64,000 nucleotides of DNA from Propionivibrio sp. (GTDB taxonomy: Bacteria > Pseudomonadota > Gammaproteobacteria > Burkholderiales > Rhodocyclaceae). This document shows, one piece after another, positions 41,944-53,979 of the stretch (the stretch's first letter is position 1; every line of letters starts with the position of its first letter). The notes below the pieces were generated by a model. That model was not told the origin of the DNA. It made no database searches and worked only from the letters and a program-made list of their open reading frames with translations. A program made the position numbers and the translations under genes. The stretch spans positions 2,542-66,541 of the forward strand of contig NZ_JAGOIT010000002.1 of assembly GCF_017995515.1 (NCBI RefSeq), given 5' to 3'.

Positions 41944-43404
41944 TTATTTCCGTCCCAGACCGCCGAGCAGGGCGGCGACGACGCGCCGTGGCTTGTGCGG
42001 ATGCTCCATGCGCGCCGCGGCCTGGGCCTTTTCGATATCGGTCGGTGCGGCTGCGGGATGGGGATCGGCGCTTTCGTAGGGCTTGCTGAAGTCGAAACCG
42101 TCGGCCGCGATGTGGCTTGGCCGTCGCGGGCTGCGGCGGTCGTTCGCATAGGCGTCGGGCTGATCGCGGCGCGACTTCGCTGCCGGAGCCACGGAAGCGG
42201 CCGGTGCGGGCGGCCGGCGATGGTGGCCCTTCTTTCCCGTCGGTGGGTATTCGTAGTCGTATTCGGGGTCGAAGCCGGGAACGATTACCTGTTCGATCGG
42301 TTTCTTGATCAGCTTCTCGATGTCGACGAGATACTGGACCTCATGCGCCGAGACGAGCGAAATCGCGGTGCCCTGCTTGCCGGCGCGACCCGTCCGGCCG
42401 ATGCGGTGGATGTAGTCTTCCGGCGTATGCGGCAGCTCGAAGTTGATGACGTGCGGCAGTTCATCGATGTCGAGGCCGCGTGCAGCGACATCGGTGGCGA
42501 CAAGCACCAGCGTGCTGCCGTCCTTGAATGCTTCCAGCGCCTTCAAACGATCAAGCTGGCTCTTGTCGCCGTGAATCGAGTCGGCGGCGATGCCGGCGCG
42601 CTGGAGCTCGCGCGCGAGTTTGTTGGTCTCGATCTTGGTGCGCGTGAAGACGAGTACCTGATTGAATTCCGAAGATCTGAGCAGCTTTACCAGAAGCGCG
42701 CGCTTGGCGTCGGCGGCCACCGGGTGTACGCGGTGCGTGATGGTCTCGGAGACGGTATTGCGTCGCGCGACTTCGATCAGCACCGGCGACTGGAGCATCC
42801 GGTCGGCGAGTTTCTTGATTTCGTCCGAGAAGGTCGCAGAAAAGAGCAGGCTCTGGCGTTGCTTGGGCAACAGGCTGATGATGCGGGTGACATCCGGGAT
42901 GAAGCCCATGTCCAGCATGCGATCGGCTTCGTCGAGAACGAGCGCTTGCACGCTGCCGAAGTTGAGGCACTTCTGTTCGACCAGGTCGAGCAGGCGTCCC
43001 GGTGTTGCCACGAGCACTTCGATACCGGCGCGGATTTCTTCGATCTGTGGCTTGATGTCGACGCCGCCGTAAGCGCACAGGCTTCGTATCGGGACGTACT
43101 TGCTGTAGGTCTTGACCGACTCGTGTACCTGGATGGCGAGTTCGCGCGTCGGCGCGAGCATCAGGATCCGCACCGGATGGCGCGCTGGCGACGGACTTGG
43201 GCTGGCAAACGGAAGGATGCGCTGGAGAAGCGGCAACGTGAAGGCCGCCGTTTTACCCGTTCCGGTCTGCGCACCGCCCATCAGATCCTTGCCCGAGAGA
43301 ACGATCGGGATGGCCTGCGCTTGAATCGGCGTCGGGTTGGTGTAACCCTCTTCAGTAATGGCTCTCAGGATTTCCGGCGCCAGGCCGAGTTCATCAAAAC
43401 GCAT
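41944..43404 (-). CDS. rhlE: DEAD-box RNA helicase RhlE
   Basis: Q motif PTPIQ, GTGKT, PTRELA, TPGRLLD, DEAD, SAT, ARGLD, HRIGRTGR. Confidence 0.95.
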   Translation of the reverse strand: MRFDELGLAPEILRAITEEGYTNPTPIQAQAIPIVLSGKDLMGGAQTGTGKTAAFTLPLLQRILPFASPSPSPARHPVRILMLAPTRELAIQVHESVKTYSKYVPIRSLCAYGGVDIKPQIEEIRAGIEVLVATPGRLLDLVEQKCLNFGSVQALVLDEADRMLDMGFIPDVTRIISLLPKQRQSLLFSATFSDEIKKLADRMLQSPVLIEVARRNTVSETITHRVHPVAADAKRALLVKLLRSSEFNQVLVFTRTKIETNKLARELQRAGIAADSIHGDKSQLDRLKALEAFKDGSTLVLVATDVAARGLDIDELPHVINFELPHTPEDYIHRIGRTGRAGKQGTAISLVSAHEVQYLVDIEKLIKKPIEQVIVPGFDPEYDYEYPPTGKKGHHRRPPAPAASVAPAAKSRRDQPDAYANDRRSPRRPSHIAADGFDFSKPYESADPHPAAAPTDIEKAQAAARMEHPHKPRRVVAALLGGLGRK

Positions 43405-45601
43405 CGGCAACGCCCATAAATAAATTAGGAATCAATAGCATAGGGCCGCGATTATACACACTTTGCCAATGCGCGGACGGGTCAGGGTGCGCGCCGGGCA
43501 TCTGTCCGAGCGCGCGTTCGGCGGCCTGGTCAAAAAGTGACACGGCAGAAAGGATGCGCGCGTTGCCGCCAGTCAGTTGCTGCTCGAGGAATGCTCGTTC
43601 GAGGGCCACGGCGTAGCCCCAGTCGGAGTTGAACAACAGAACACTGCCCGAATCGGGCGCTGCGCCGCAGTGCAAGCCGCAGTGTTCTTCATCGTCCGGC
43701 AGTCGGAAGGCGATCCAGTCGCCTTGCCGGGCGGTCGAATTGTCTGCGCGCCATGCCGGCACGGCAGGCGTGGATGAGCCGAAATACTGTACGAGCTTTC
43801 CGTTACTTTCGAGAATCTCGGTCTTGCGCGAGCTGCCGGGTGTGCCGGGTTCGTTCGAGTTGATCTCGACCGTGGTGGGGTTGATCTGGCGGGAAGGCGA
43901 TGACATCGCCGTGCCGGGCCGGTTGCGCAGCGCTGCGGTTTGCAGATCGAAGCAGGCGTTCAGGAAGGGCGTTCGCGCTTCCGTCGATACGTCAAGTTGG
44001 TCGAGTTCTGAATTCAGGCGCTTGAGCAGCGCGGGTACCAGGGCGACGAGGCGCTTGCGTTCTTCGGGCGCCTGCTTGGGCTGGATGCTCCAGAGTAGTT
44101 CCGCAAATGTTGTGTTCGACGCCTTCCAGCGCTCACCGCCAACACCACCGTTTTCGGCAGCGCTTTGCATGATGCGCACTCCATGTTCCGCAAGGAAGTC
44201 ACGAATCGCAGGCGCCGAACATCGCGCAAGTTGCTCGTTCAGCCACTTTTTTGCCAGAACGCCTGCGTTCAGCCGCCGTTCGTGATGGTTGACGAGATGC
44301 ATGTACGGTTGTGAGTTGAGCTGGTGCGATTGGTCGCGCTCGGCGATCAGTCTTTCCAGCTCTTCGAGCTGCGGCTTCAGCCCGGATTCGTTGCTTTCCA
44401 TCGCGGCGCGCGCCGAGTCGGCGAGTTGGCTCAACCGTTCGCTCAGCGGGTGGTCGCGCCCAGCGTCCGGGGGCAAACCGCACGCAGCGCGTGCCATGCG
44501 GTTGATCAGCTGCCGCGCCGGATGCTGTGTGTTGGCAAAGAAGGTGTCGTCCAGGATGGCCGTCCTGAGCGAGGGAATCTGCAGTCGGCCGAGGATCGAC
44601 TTGACGACGTCGGGGAGATCCGGTGTGGCAAAGAGGGCGTCAAAGATCAGCGAGAGTGTGTCGAACGCGACGGCAGCGGATTTGCCGAGCGGCAGGTCGA
44701 GATCTCTTGCGCGGATGGCGCGCAGCGGTTGCTGCGTGTCGGGCGCGTCGAGTGGGAGCGTGCCCTGGGGGGTGGTGATCTGTCGCTGCTCAAGCGTATT
44801 GAGCCGTTCCCTCAGGTGATTCAGCATGGTCAGCGTCGAGGCACTCAGGGCTGCGTTGCCCACAACCGGGCCGTCATCTGACGCCCCCGCTGAAACGCCG
44901 ACCTCGCCGGATTGCTCGAACAACTTGCTTTGCAAGGCGGAGAGCGCGTTGGCCGGCAATGTGCCGGACCGCGCAGCGGCCTCTGGCGTGACTGTACTGC
45001 CGCTACTGCGCTGAATGGGGCGCGTCGGCGGTAACGCGACGCCGCGCTGTTCGAGAAGGGCGTTGAGCTCTCGATATAGGTCGGGTAAGCCAGCCTGTAG
45101 TTGCGCCTCGAGTCGATCGAGGATGTCGAGGTTTTGCTCGAGGCCGGCCTTGGTCGTCTGGCAGATCGCCCACAGGCCGCGGCTGACCGGCTCGAGTCCG
45201 GCCGGGTTGTCCTCGGCCGTCATCTTCGGTCGGTCGAGCAAGGTCATGTAGCGGAGTTGCACACGCCAGCGATCGATGCGTTCGTTCCCCTTCAGTCGGG
45301 TGATGATGTCGCCAATGCGGATTTCCACTTCGAGATCGTCGTTGCCGACGAGACTGATGCGCGATGCCGTCAGGCCATCTGTCTGCCCGAAGCCGTCCGC
45401 TCTGGACGATGCGGCAAGCTCGTCGTGTGCCGTCGCGATCTCGCGCACAAAGGCATCGATAACCGCGGGCGCGCTAACACCGGCTTGGCGGACAATTTCG
45501 GCGAGGCCGCGCTGGAAGCGTTCCCTGCAGTCGCGCAGAATGAAGAACGCGTCTTCGCAGGGGGCGGCTGGCGCGCCGGCTACTCCGGTCGGGTCTGGCA
45601 T
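43394..45601 (-). CDS. DUF1631-family protein
   Basis: ISLVGNDDLE...NPAGLEP, LGRLQIPSLR.A..D..FF....HPARQLIN, WSIQPK...ERKRLV, C-terminal LFDQAAERAL. Confidence 0.75.
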   Translation of the reverse strand: MPDPTGVAGAPAAPCEDAFFILRDCRERFQRGLAEIVRQAGVSAPAVIDAFVREIATAHDELAASSRADGFGQTDGLTASRISLVGNDDLEVEIRIGDIITRLKGNERIDRWRVQLRYMTLLDRPKMTAEDNPAGLEPVSRGLWAICQTTKAGLEQNLDILDRLEAQLQAGLPDLYRELNALLEQRGVALPPTRPIQRSSGSTVTPEAAARSGTLPANALSALQSKLFEQSGEVGVSAGASDDGPVVGNAALSASTLTMLNHLRERLNTLEQRQITTPQGTLPLDAPDTQQPLRAIRARDLDLPLGKSAAVAFDTLSLIFDALFATPDLPDVVKSILGRLQIPSLRTAILDDTFFANTQHPARQLINRMARAACGLPPDAGRDHPLSERLSQLADSARAAMESNESGLKPQLEELERLIAERDQSHQLNSQPYMHLVNHHERRLNAGVLAKKWLNEQLARCSAPAIRDFLAEHGVRIMQSAAENGGVGGERWKASNTTFAELLWSIQPKQAPEERKRLVALVPALLKRLNSELDQLDVSTEARTPFLNACFDLQTAALRNRPGTAMSSPSRQINPTTVEINSNEPGTPGSSRKTEILESNGKLVQYFGSSTPAVPAWRADNSTARQGDWIAFRLPDDEEHCGLHCGAAPDSGSVLLFNSDWGYAVALERAFLEQQLTGGNARILSAVSLFDQAAERALGQMPGAHPDPSAHWQSVYNRGPMLLIPNLFMGVADAF

Positions 45602-45736
45602 GGCTGCGATCCGGGCCTTGCTATCTGAGGCAGTCGTTGCGCGTGACCAATCGGCATTCTTCTTGATTCATGACGCATCCTTCTTGTTTGCCGGCGCCCG
45701 TCGCACGGGCTGGCGCTTCTTCCGCTGGGCACGCGC

Positions 45737-46129
45737 TCAGTGTTGTGCGGTCGTTGCCTTGGTATCCGGCGTGGCTTTGCTCTCGTTCGCCGCAACATCT
45801 TCTTTTGTCGCCGCGGCTTTCTTCTTTGCTGTCGTTGGCGGCGCGACCGGTGGCAGCTGCGGTTCGACCGTTTCCAGCTTGTTGTCGCGCATGTACGCAT
45901 CCATGTCGCGCCAGCCCTCGTAGATGGAAGCCTTGGGCAGCCAGGAGTAGATCGAGTAGCAGTCTTCGATGGCGCGGCCGGACTGGCGGCAGGCACCGCC
46001 GACCGCCCTGCCCTCAGCATCGGACTGAGCGGCTTTCTCCGCGGGGTCGACGATTCCCATGCGTTGCTTGACGACGTCGCAGCCCGATAAACCGATCAAC
46101 AATAGCGTTGCGATCAGGGCTGTTCGCAT
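45737..46129 (-). CDS. Conserved hypothetical lipoprotein
   Basis: Lipobox LSGC; GGACRQSGRAIEDCY...GWRDMDAYMRDNK; Ala/Lys-rich tail. Confidence 0.75.
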   Translation of the reverse strand: MRTALIATLLLIGLSGCDVVKQRMGIVDPAEKAAQSDAEGRAVGGACRQSGRAIEDCYSIYSWLPKASIYEGWRDMDAYMRDNKLETVEPQLPPVAPPTTAKKKAAATKEDVAANESKATPDTKATTAQH

Positions 46130-46324
46130 GGTGCTGCCGGTCTCTGGCACGTCTTTTTCCGGAAGAAGGTTGGAATAGCGGGCATTTTAACCACAATTGC
46201 TGGTGCGTCCATCGCTGGCTCGTACTTTGTTAAATCGGCGATTCGATCGCGGGATCATCCTTCGTCCAAACCGTGTCTGCGCCACTATAATTGTCGGCTC
46301 TGTCGTTTTTGCCGAGGAAACCAA

Positions 46325-47617
46325 ATGCTTTGCTCCCGAATTCTCATGGCCGCTGGCGGTCTCGTTCTCGCTGCGCCCGTTCTTGCCGTTCCCGCGGCGA
46401 CGCCGGTTCAACTCGAGTTGTCGCATCGTCTCGATGAAGTCCGCGCCGAGCGCCTGCTGCCGTTGATTGCCAGTTTCAACAAGGAAAACAAGGATGTTCA
46501 GGTCACGCTCGTCCGCCGTGGCGAGGGTGACGCGCCGAAGCAGTTGAACTTCGTGACGCGCGAGGAGTATTCGCGCTTCGTGGCCAACAAGACCAAGTTC
46601 AAGCCGCTGCACGAGGTGATGCGCGAGGCCAAGGAGAAGTTTGACGCCAGCAAGCTTTCGCCCGAACTGCGCGACGGTCTGACTGACGCCAAGGGGCAGC
46701 TTTTCGCCCTGCCGGTCGCGTTTTCGACGCCCGTGCTCTATGTGAACAAGGCGTTGTTCCGCAAGGCTGGCCTTGACCCCGAGAATCCGCCGAAAACCTG
46801 GTTCGAGGCTCAGGAAGCCGCCGGTAAACTCGCGGACGCGGGAAACAGTTGCCCGTTCACCACGTCATGGCCGGTGCAGGTGTTCATCGACAACGTCAGC
46901 GCCTGGGATGGCGCCGAAGTCAACGACGCCAAGGGCAAACTGGCTTTCAATGGCCTCGCCCAGGTCAAGCACATCGCGATGATGGCCACCTGGTACAAGA
47001 GCAAGTACTTCTCCTATTTCGGCCCCAAGGACGAGGCCGACGACCGGTTCGCCAAGGGCGAGTGCGGTATGTTGACCAGTTCTTCGTCGCTGTTCGCCTC
47101 TTTCAACGAGAACAAGTCGCTGGACGTGGGCGTTTCGCCGTTGCCATATCACGATGATGTTTACGGCGCGCCGAAAAACACGCTGGCCGACGGCGCTTCG
47201 CTGTGGCTTGCCTCCGGGATGAAGCCTGCCGAGATCAAGGGGGTCGCGAAGTTCGTGAACTACGTTCTCGGGCCGGAGGTTCAGATTGGCCTGACGTTGG
47301 CGGGGGGTTATCTGCCGATGACACCGGTGGCGCGCGCTGCCGCCAGCACCAAGCTGCTCGGCGCCGACCTCGGTGGATTGAAGATCGCCTATGCGCAACT
47401 GCAGGGCAAGGGCGTGCCGCCAAAGGTGCGCGTCGCGCAGATCGAACAGGTTCGCCAGATCGTCGAAGAAGAACTGGAGACCGTCTGGGCCGACAAGAAG
47501 CCGGCCAAGGAAGCGCTCGACAGTGCGGTGGAGCGGGGCAACGCCGCGATGCTGAAGATTGCCGCGCTGGACACGGCAACGGCTGCACCCAAGTCCAGGG
47601 GTAAGGGCAAGAAGTGA
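46325..47617 (+). CDS. UgpB-like extracellular solute-binding protein
   Basis: Signal peptide; LFALPVAFSTPVLYVNKALFRKAGLDP, PPKTW, GGYLP; coupled to a GDPD gene. Confidence 0.8.
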   Translation: MLCSRILMAAGGLVLAAPVLAVPAATPVQLELSHRLDEVRAERLLPLIASFNKENKDVQVTLVRRGEGDAPKQLNFVTREEYSRFVANKTKFKPLHEVMREAKEKFDASKLSPELRDGLTDAKGQLFALPVAFSTPVLYVNKALFRKAGLDPENPPKTWFEAQEAAGKLADAGNSCPFTTSWPVQVFIDNVSAWDGAEVNDAKGKLAFNGLAQVKHIAMMATWYKSKYFSYFGPKDEADDRFAKGECGMLTSSSSLFASFNENKSLDVGVSPLPYHDDVYGAPKNTLADGASLWLASGMKPAEIKGVAKFVNYVLGPEVQIGLTLAGGYLPMTPVARAAASTKLLGADLGGLKIAYAQLQGKGVPPKVRVAQIEQVRQIVEEELETVWADKKPAKEALDSAVERGNAAMLKIAALDTATAAPKSRGKGKK

Positions 47618-48357
47618 TCCGTCCTGCGCCGGCCTGGGAAGTCCCGCGCGTGATTGCGCATCGCTGCTGCGGTGCGCTGGCGCCGGAGAATACCTTGGCC
47701 GGACTGCCGATCGCCGCGGCGCTCGGCTATCGCGCGGTCGAGTTCGACGTCATGCTCTCGGCCGACGGCACGCCGTGGGTGATCCACGATGAAACCCTGG
47801 AGCGCACGACGAACGGGCGCGGCAACGTTTGCGGAACCCCGGACACGATCTTGCGCACGCTCGACGCCGGTGCTCATCAGCACCGTGCGTTTGCCGGCGA
47901 ACCGCTGCCGACATTCGAGGCCGTCGCGCGCGCGTGCCGGACGCTCGGGCTCCTCGCCAACGTCGAGATCAAGCCGGCGCAAGGTTTCGAGAAAATCACC
48001 GGCGAAACCGTGGCACGGCGGATTCTCGAGTTGTGGGGCGACGCGCCGTTGCCCTTGGTGTCCTCCTTCTCCGAAGAAGCGCTTGTCGCCGCCCGGCACG
48101 TCGCGCCGCAGCTGCCGCTCGGTTATCTCTGCGTTCGTCCGCCGGAAGACTGGATGCGCCGAATGGACGCGGTCGCCGCGTACAGCCTGCACTGCGCCGC
48201 GCGCAAGCTGGACGATTCGGTGCTCGCCACGGCGCGGGCGGCCGGCATTCCGGTTCTTTGCTTTACCGTCAACGACCGTCAGGATGCCGAGGCGCTACTC
48301 GCTCGCGGTGTCACCGCTGTCTTCAGCGACCGTATCGATTCCTTGCGCGGCCTGTAG
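47614..48357 (+). CDS. ugpQ: Glycerophosphodiester phosphodiesterase
   Basis: IAHRCCGALAPENT, VEFDVMLS.DG, HDETLERTT, NVEIK, VSSF, FTVND, SDR. Confidence 0.9.
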   Translation: MIRPAPAWEVPRVIAHRCCGALAPENTLAGLPIAAALGYRAVEFDVMLSADGTPWVIHDETLERTTNGRGNVCGTPDTILRTLDAGAHQHRAFAGEPLPTFEAVARACRTLGLLANVEIKPAQGFEKITGETVARRILELWGDAPLPLVSSFSEEALVAARHVAPQLPLGYLCVRPPEDWMRRMDAVAAYSLHCAARKLDDSVLATARAAGIPVLCFTVNDRQDAEALLARGVTAVFSDRIDSLRGL

Positions 48358-48499
48358 GGCGGCGCTTCTCTTCGCTCTTCCGATCAGGCCCTGAGGCCTT
48401 GCCGGCAATGCCTTGCGAATCGTCGGGCGGTCGGTCTGTGTACTTTTCGGTGCTAAAATCAAAACCCTTTGAAATCCGCCCCTTCAGGGACAAATACCG

Positions 48500-51115
<2,616 letters not shown>

Positions 51116-51133
51116 CGGTCGATATGCGTTGAA

Positions 51134-51318
51134 CCTGAAAAACTCGCTTCTTCACCGCAAAGGCGCAAAGATCGCAAAGGTTCGCAAAGAAAATCAAAGC
51201 GCTACGCGAACAGCACCTGTCTTCCATCGCCACCACAGGGTGAATGGCCAAGTACGATCCACCTGTTGTTTCCTTTGCGATCTTTGCGCCTTCGTGCCTT
51301 TGCGGTGAGGTTTTCAGG
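51134..51318. repeat. 185-bp MITE-like inverted-repeat element with CGCAAAG repeats
   Basis: Terminal IR CCTGAAAA/TTTTCAGG flanked on both sides by TTGAA; internal perfect 19-bp IR GGCGCAAAGATCGCAAAGG (51162-51180) / 51272-51290; no coding capacity. Confidence 0.75.
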
Positions 51319-51403
51319 TTGAATCAGGCGGCCGCCTCGTATCGTCGAGGTGGCCGTTTTTTCTCCACCGTGTGGCGGCGGAGGAAGTACGGGAGAGCGG
51401 CGA

Positions 51404-52186
51404 ATGAGTGGCGTGGAAGCGGAAGCGTATTGGCTGGTTCGTGTCGGCGGCGAGTTCGTCGTAACGCCGGGGGCGGCGCCGGGCGAGCTATTTCCGCAGG
51501 GCTGCGGAAACGCGCTTGCCGGACTCGATCAGGCCTTGCATATCGGCGAATGGCAGGGCGCGCCGTGCTACGCCATCGACGTCGAAGCGCTGCCACGCGC
51601 GCTTGCCGGCGAACCGGTACCGATCCGGGCCGTGTTCGGACTGGGCGGTGCCGAGGCGTTCGCCCTCGTCTGCCGCGCGGCGCAACTGCTCGACTGGAAG
51701 AAGAATCATCGCTACTGCGGTCGTTGCGGTACGCCGACGACCAGGAAGCCGGATGAGTTCGCGATGCAGTGCCCGTCCTGCGGCCTGATAACCTACCCGA
51801 GAATCTCGCCGGCGGTCATGGTGCTCGTCCGGCGCGGCGACGAACTCCTATTGGCGCGCAGTCCGCATTTCCGGCCCGGCATGTTCAGCGCACTGGCAGG
51901 GTTTGTCGAGGCGGGTGAAACGGTCGAACACGCGGCGGTGCGCGAAGTGCGCGAGGAGGTCGGGATCGAGATCGCCAACCTGCGCTACTTCCAGAGCCAG
52001 CCGTGGCCTTTCCCGGATTCGCTGATGCTGGCCTTCTTCGCTGACTATGCCGGGGGCGAGATTGCGCCCGATCCGGCCGAGATCGAGGAAGCCGGCTGGT
52101 TCGCTCTCGACGCGCTGCCGCCGCTGCCCGATCCGGTGAGCATTGCGCGCCGCCTGATCGACGCGGCGGTCCTTACAGGGTCCTGA
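51404..52186 (+). CDS. nudC: NAD(+)/NADH diphosphatase
   Basis: Zinc ribbon YCGRCG...CPSC, YPRISPAV, Nudix box GFVEAGETVEHAAVREVREEVG, SQPWPFP. Confidence 0.96.
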   Translation: MSGVEAEAYWLVRVGGEFVVTPGAAPGELFPQGCGNALAGLDQALHIGEWQGAPCYAIDVEALPRALAGEPVPIRAVFGLGGAEAFALVCRAAQLLDWKKNHRYCGRCGTPTTRKPDEFAMQCPSCGLITYPRISPAVMVLVRRGDELLLARSPHFRPGMFSALAGFVEAGETVEHAAVREVREEVGIEIANLRYFQSQPWPFPDSLMLAFFADYAGGEIAPDPAEIEEAGWFALDALPPLPDPVSIARRLIDAAVLTGS

Positions 52187-52661
52187 TCTTCTCGAGCAGG
52201 GCGGTCGTCGATTTCTGGTGAATGAAGGGAATCGACACGGTGCGGCCGCCCCAGCCGGCGACTTCGACGTTGCCCACGATCTTCCCGACCGGCCAGTCGC
52301 CGCCCTTGACGAGTACGTCCGGGCGACATTCGAGGATGCGCTCGATCGGCGTGTCCTCGTCGAACCAGGTGACGAGCGAAACGCATTCGAGCGCGGCGAT
52401 GACGGCGAGGCGGTCGGCTAGCGTATTCACCGGCCGGTCGTCGCCCTTGCCCAGGCGGTTGACCGAAGCGTCCGAGTTGAGCGCGACGACCATGGCGGCA
52501 CCGAGCGCGCGCGCCTGCCCGAGCAGGGTCACGTGGCCGCGGTGCAGGATGTCGAAGCAGCCGTTGGTGAAGACGAGCGGCCGGGGCAATTGGGCCAAGC
52601 GGCCGGACAAGGCCTCGGGCGCGACGATCTTGCGCTCAAAGACAGGAACGGGAAAATTCAT
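52173..52661 (-). CDS. rfaE2: D-glycero-beta-D-manno-heptose 1-phosphate adenylyltransferase (stand-alone)
   Basis: VFTNGCFDILHRGH, ALNSDASV, RPVN...R, PDVLVKGGDW, STT. Confidence 0.92.
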   Translation of the reverse strand: MNFPVPVFERKIVAPEALSGRLAQLPRPLVFTNGCFDILHRGHVTLLGQARALGAAMVVALNSDASVNRLGKGDDRPVNTLADRLAVIAALECVSLVTWFDEDTPIERILECRPDVLVKGGDWPVGKIVGNVEVAGWGGRTVSIPFIHQKSTTALLEKIRTL

Positions 52662-52686
52662 TGGCGTACCTTGAAGGCGAGGGCGA

Positions 52687-53337
52687 CTACGGATTCCGGA
52701 CTTCGGCCGCTTTGCCGTTGCCGCTTACCTTCTGTACTCCGTCGATTTCGCGCGCTTGGGCGGGCGAAATGATTTCCATCAGATTCACCACCTTCTTGAC
52801 GCCCGTGGTTGTGCGCGCCACGTTGATTGCCGAGTCCGCTTCGGCCTGCGTGACGATGCCGAGCAGGTAGGCCGTCCCGGCTTCGGTGACGACCTTCACG
52901 TGAATCGGGTTGAATTTGCCGGCATCGACCGAACGGCTCTTGATCTTGGAGGTGACGAAGGCGTCGTTGCTGCGGTTGGTGTAGGAACTCGCCGGGCCGA
53001 CAACGAGCTCGTTGTGCACGCCCTGGACGTTGGGCAGCCCGCCGACGATGCGCTCGGCTTCGCTCTTGGCGTCCTCGCTCGGCACTTCGCCGGTGATCAA
53101 CACCTTGCGGTTGTAACTGGTGAAATTGAGGTGCGCCTTGTCACCGACTTTTTCGCTGACCTGCGCGTTGGCTTTCCATTCGATCGTTTCGTCGTCGGTC
53201 TGGACGCCGAGCGTGCGGCGGTCGACGGTCGCCATCACGCCGGAGGTGACGCCGGCGGCGACGACCGGGAAGCAGCCTTGCAGGGCAGGCAGGACGGTGG
53301 CGCCGATCAACAGTGTTGCGATAAGGCTCTTTTTCAT
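52687..53337 (-). CDS. BON-domain lipoprotein (YraP/DolP-like)
   Basis: Lipobox LQGC; DRRTLGVQTDDETIE, VLITGEV, DAFVTSKIK, two BON repeats. Confidence 0.92.
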   Translation of the reverse strand: MKKSLIATLLIGATVLPALQGCFPVVAAGVTSGVMATVDRRTLGVQTDDETIEWKANAQVSEKVGDKAHLNFTSYNRKVLITGEVPSEDAKSEAERIVGGLPNVQGVHNELVVGPASSYTNRSNDAFVTSKIKSRSVDAGKFNPIHVKVVTEAGTAYLLGIVTQAEADSAINVARTTTGVKKVVNLMEIISPAQAREIDGVQKVSGNGKAAEVRNP

Positions 53338-53927
53338 TCTTCAACTCCTAATAGCAGGCAATCGATGCCGTCGCACAGGCAGTGGAGGGTGAGCAGATGC
53401 ACTTCCTGGATGCGGGCGGTGCGGTCGGACGGGACGCAGAGGTGGATGTCCGAGTCGCGCAACATCTCGCCAATCTGGCCGCCGCCCTTGCCGGTCAACG
53501 CGACGACGCGCAAATCGTTGTCCTGCGCCGCCTGGATGGCCTCGATGACGTTCGGCGAGTTGCCGGACGTCGAGATGGCGAGCAGGACGTCGCCGGGCTG
53601 CCCGAGTGCGCGCACCTGGCGCTCGAAGATCGCCTTGAAACCGTAGTCGTTGGCGACGGCGGTCATGATCGAGGTGTCGGTGGTCAGCGCGATCGCGGCC
53701 AGTCCCTGGCGCTCCATCTCGAAGCGCCCGACGAGTTCGGCAGCGAAATGCTGCGCGTCGGCGGCCGAGCCGCCGTTCCCGCAGGCCAGAATCCTGCCGT
53801 TGCCGACGAGGCTGCCGACCATCACTTCGACGGCGCCGGCGATCGGCGCGGCGAGCAGCTCGATCGCTTCGAGCTTGGTGTGCGCGCTGTCGGAAAACTG
53901 CTGACTGATGCGTGAGATCAAATCCAT
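53334..53927 (-). CDS. gmhA: SIS-domain phosphoheptose isomerase GmhA (DiaA-like locus)
   Basis: CGNGGSAADAQHFAAEL, NDYGF..IFERQ, ISTSGNSPNV, ARIQEVH. Confidence 0.9.
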   Translation of the reverse strand: MDLISRISQQFSDSAHTKLEAIELLAAPIAGAVEVMVGSLVGNGRILACGNGGSAADAQHFAAELVGRFEMERQGLAAIALTTDTSIMTAVANDYGFKAIFERQVRALGQPGDVLLAISTSGNSPNVIEAIQAAQDNDLRVVALTGKGGGQIGEMLRDSDIHLCVPSDRTARIQEVHLLTLHCLCDGIDCLLLGVEE

Positions 53928-53979
53928 GGGGGTTGTCGCGTGAAAAACAGGCCGTTAGTCTATCACCAGAGAATCGTTA

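Noticed and set aside
41920-43419. 499-aa plus-strand ORF
   Set aside because: Antisense shadow of rhlE.
51150-51310. CRISPR array or tandem-repeat peptide interpretation of the CGCAAAG repeats
   Set aside because: Units are 7 nt with 1-3 nt gaps and arranged as inverted arms; no spacers, no cas genes, no credible ORF.
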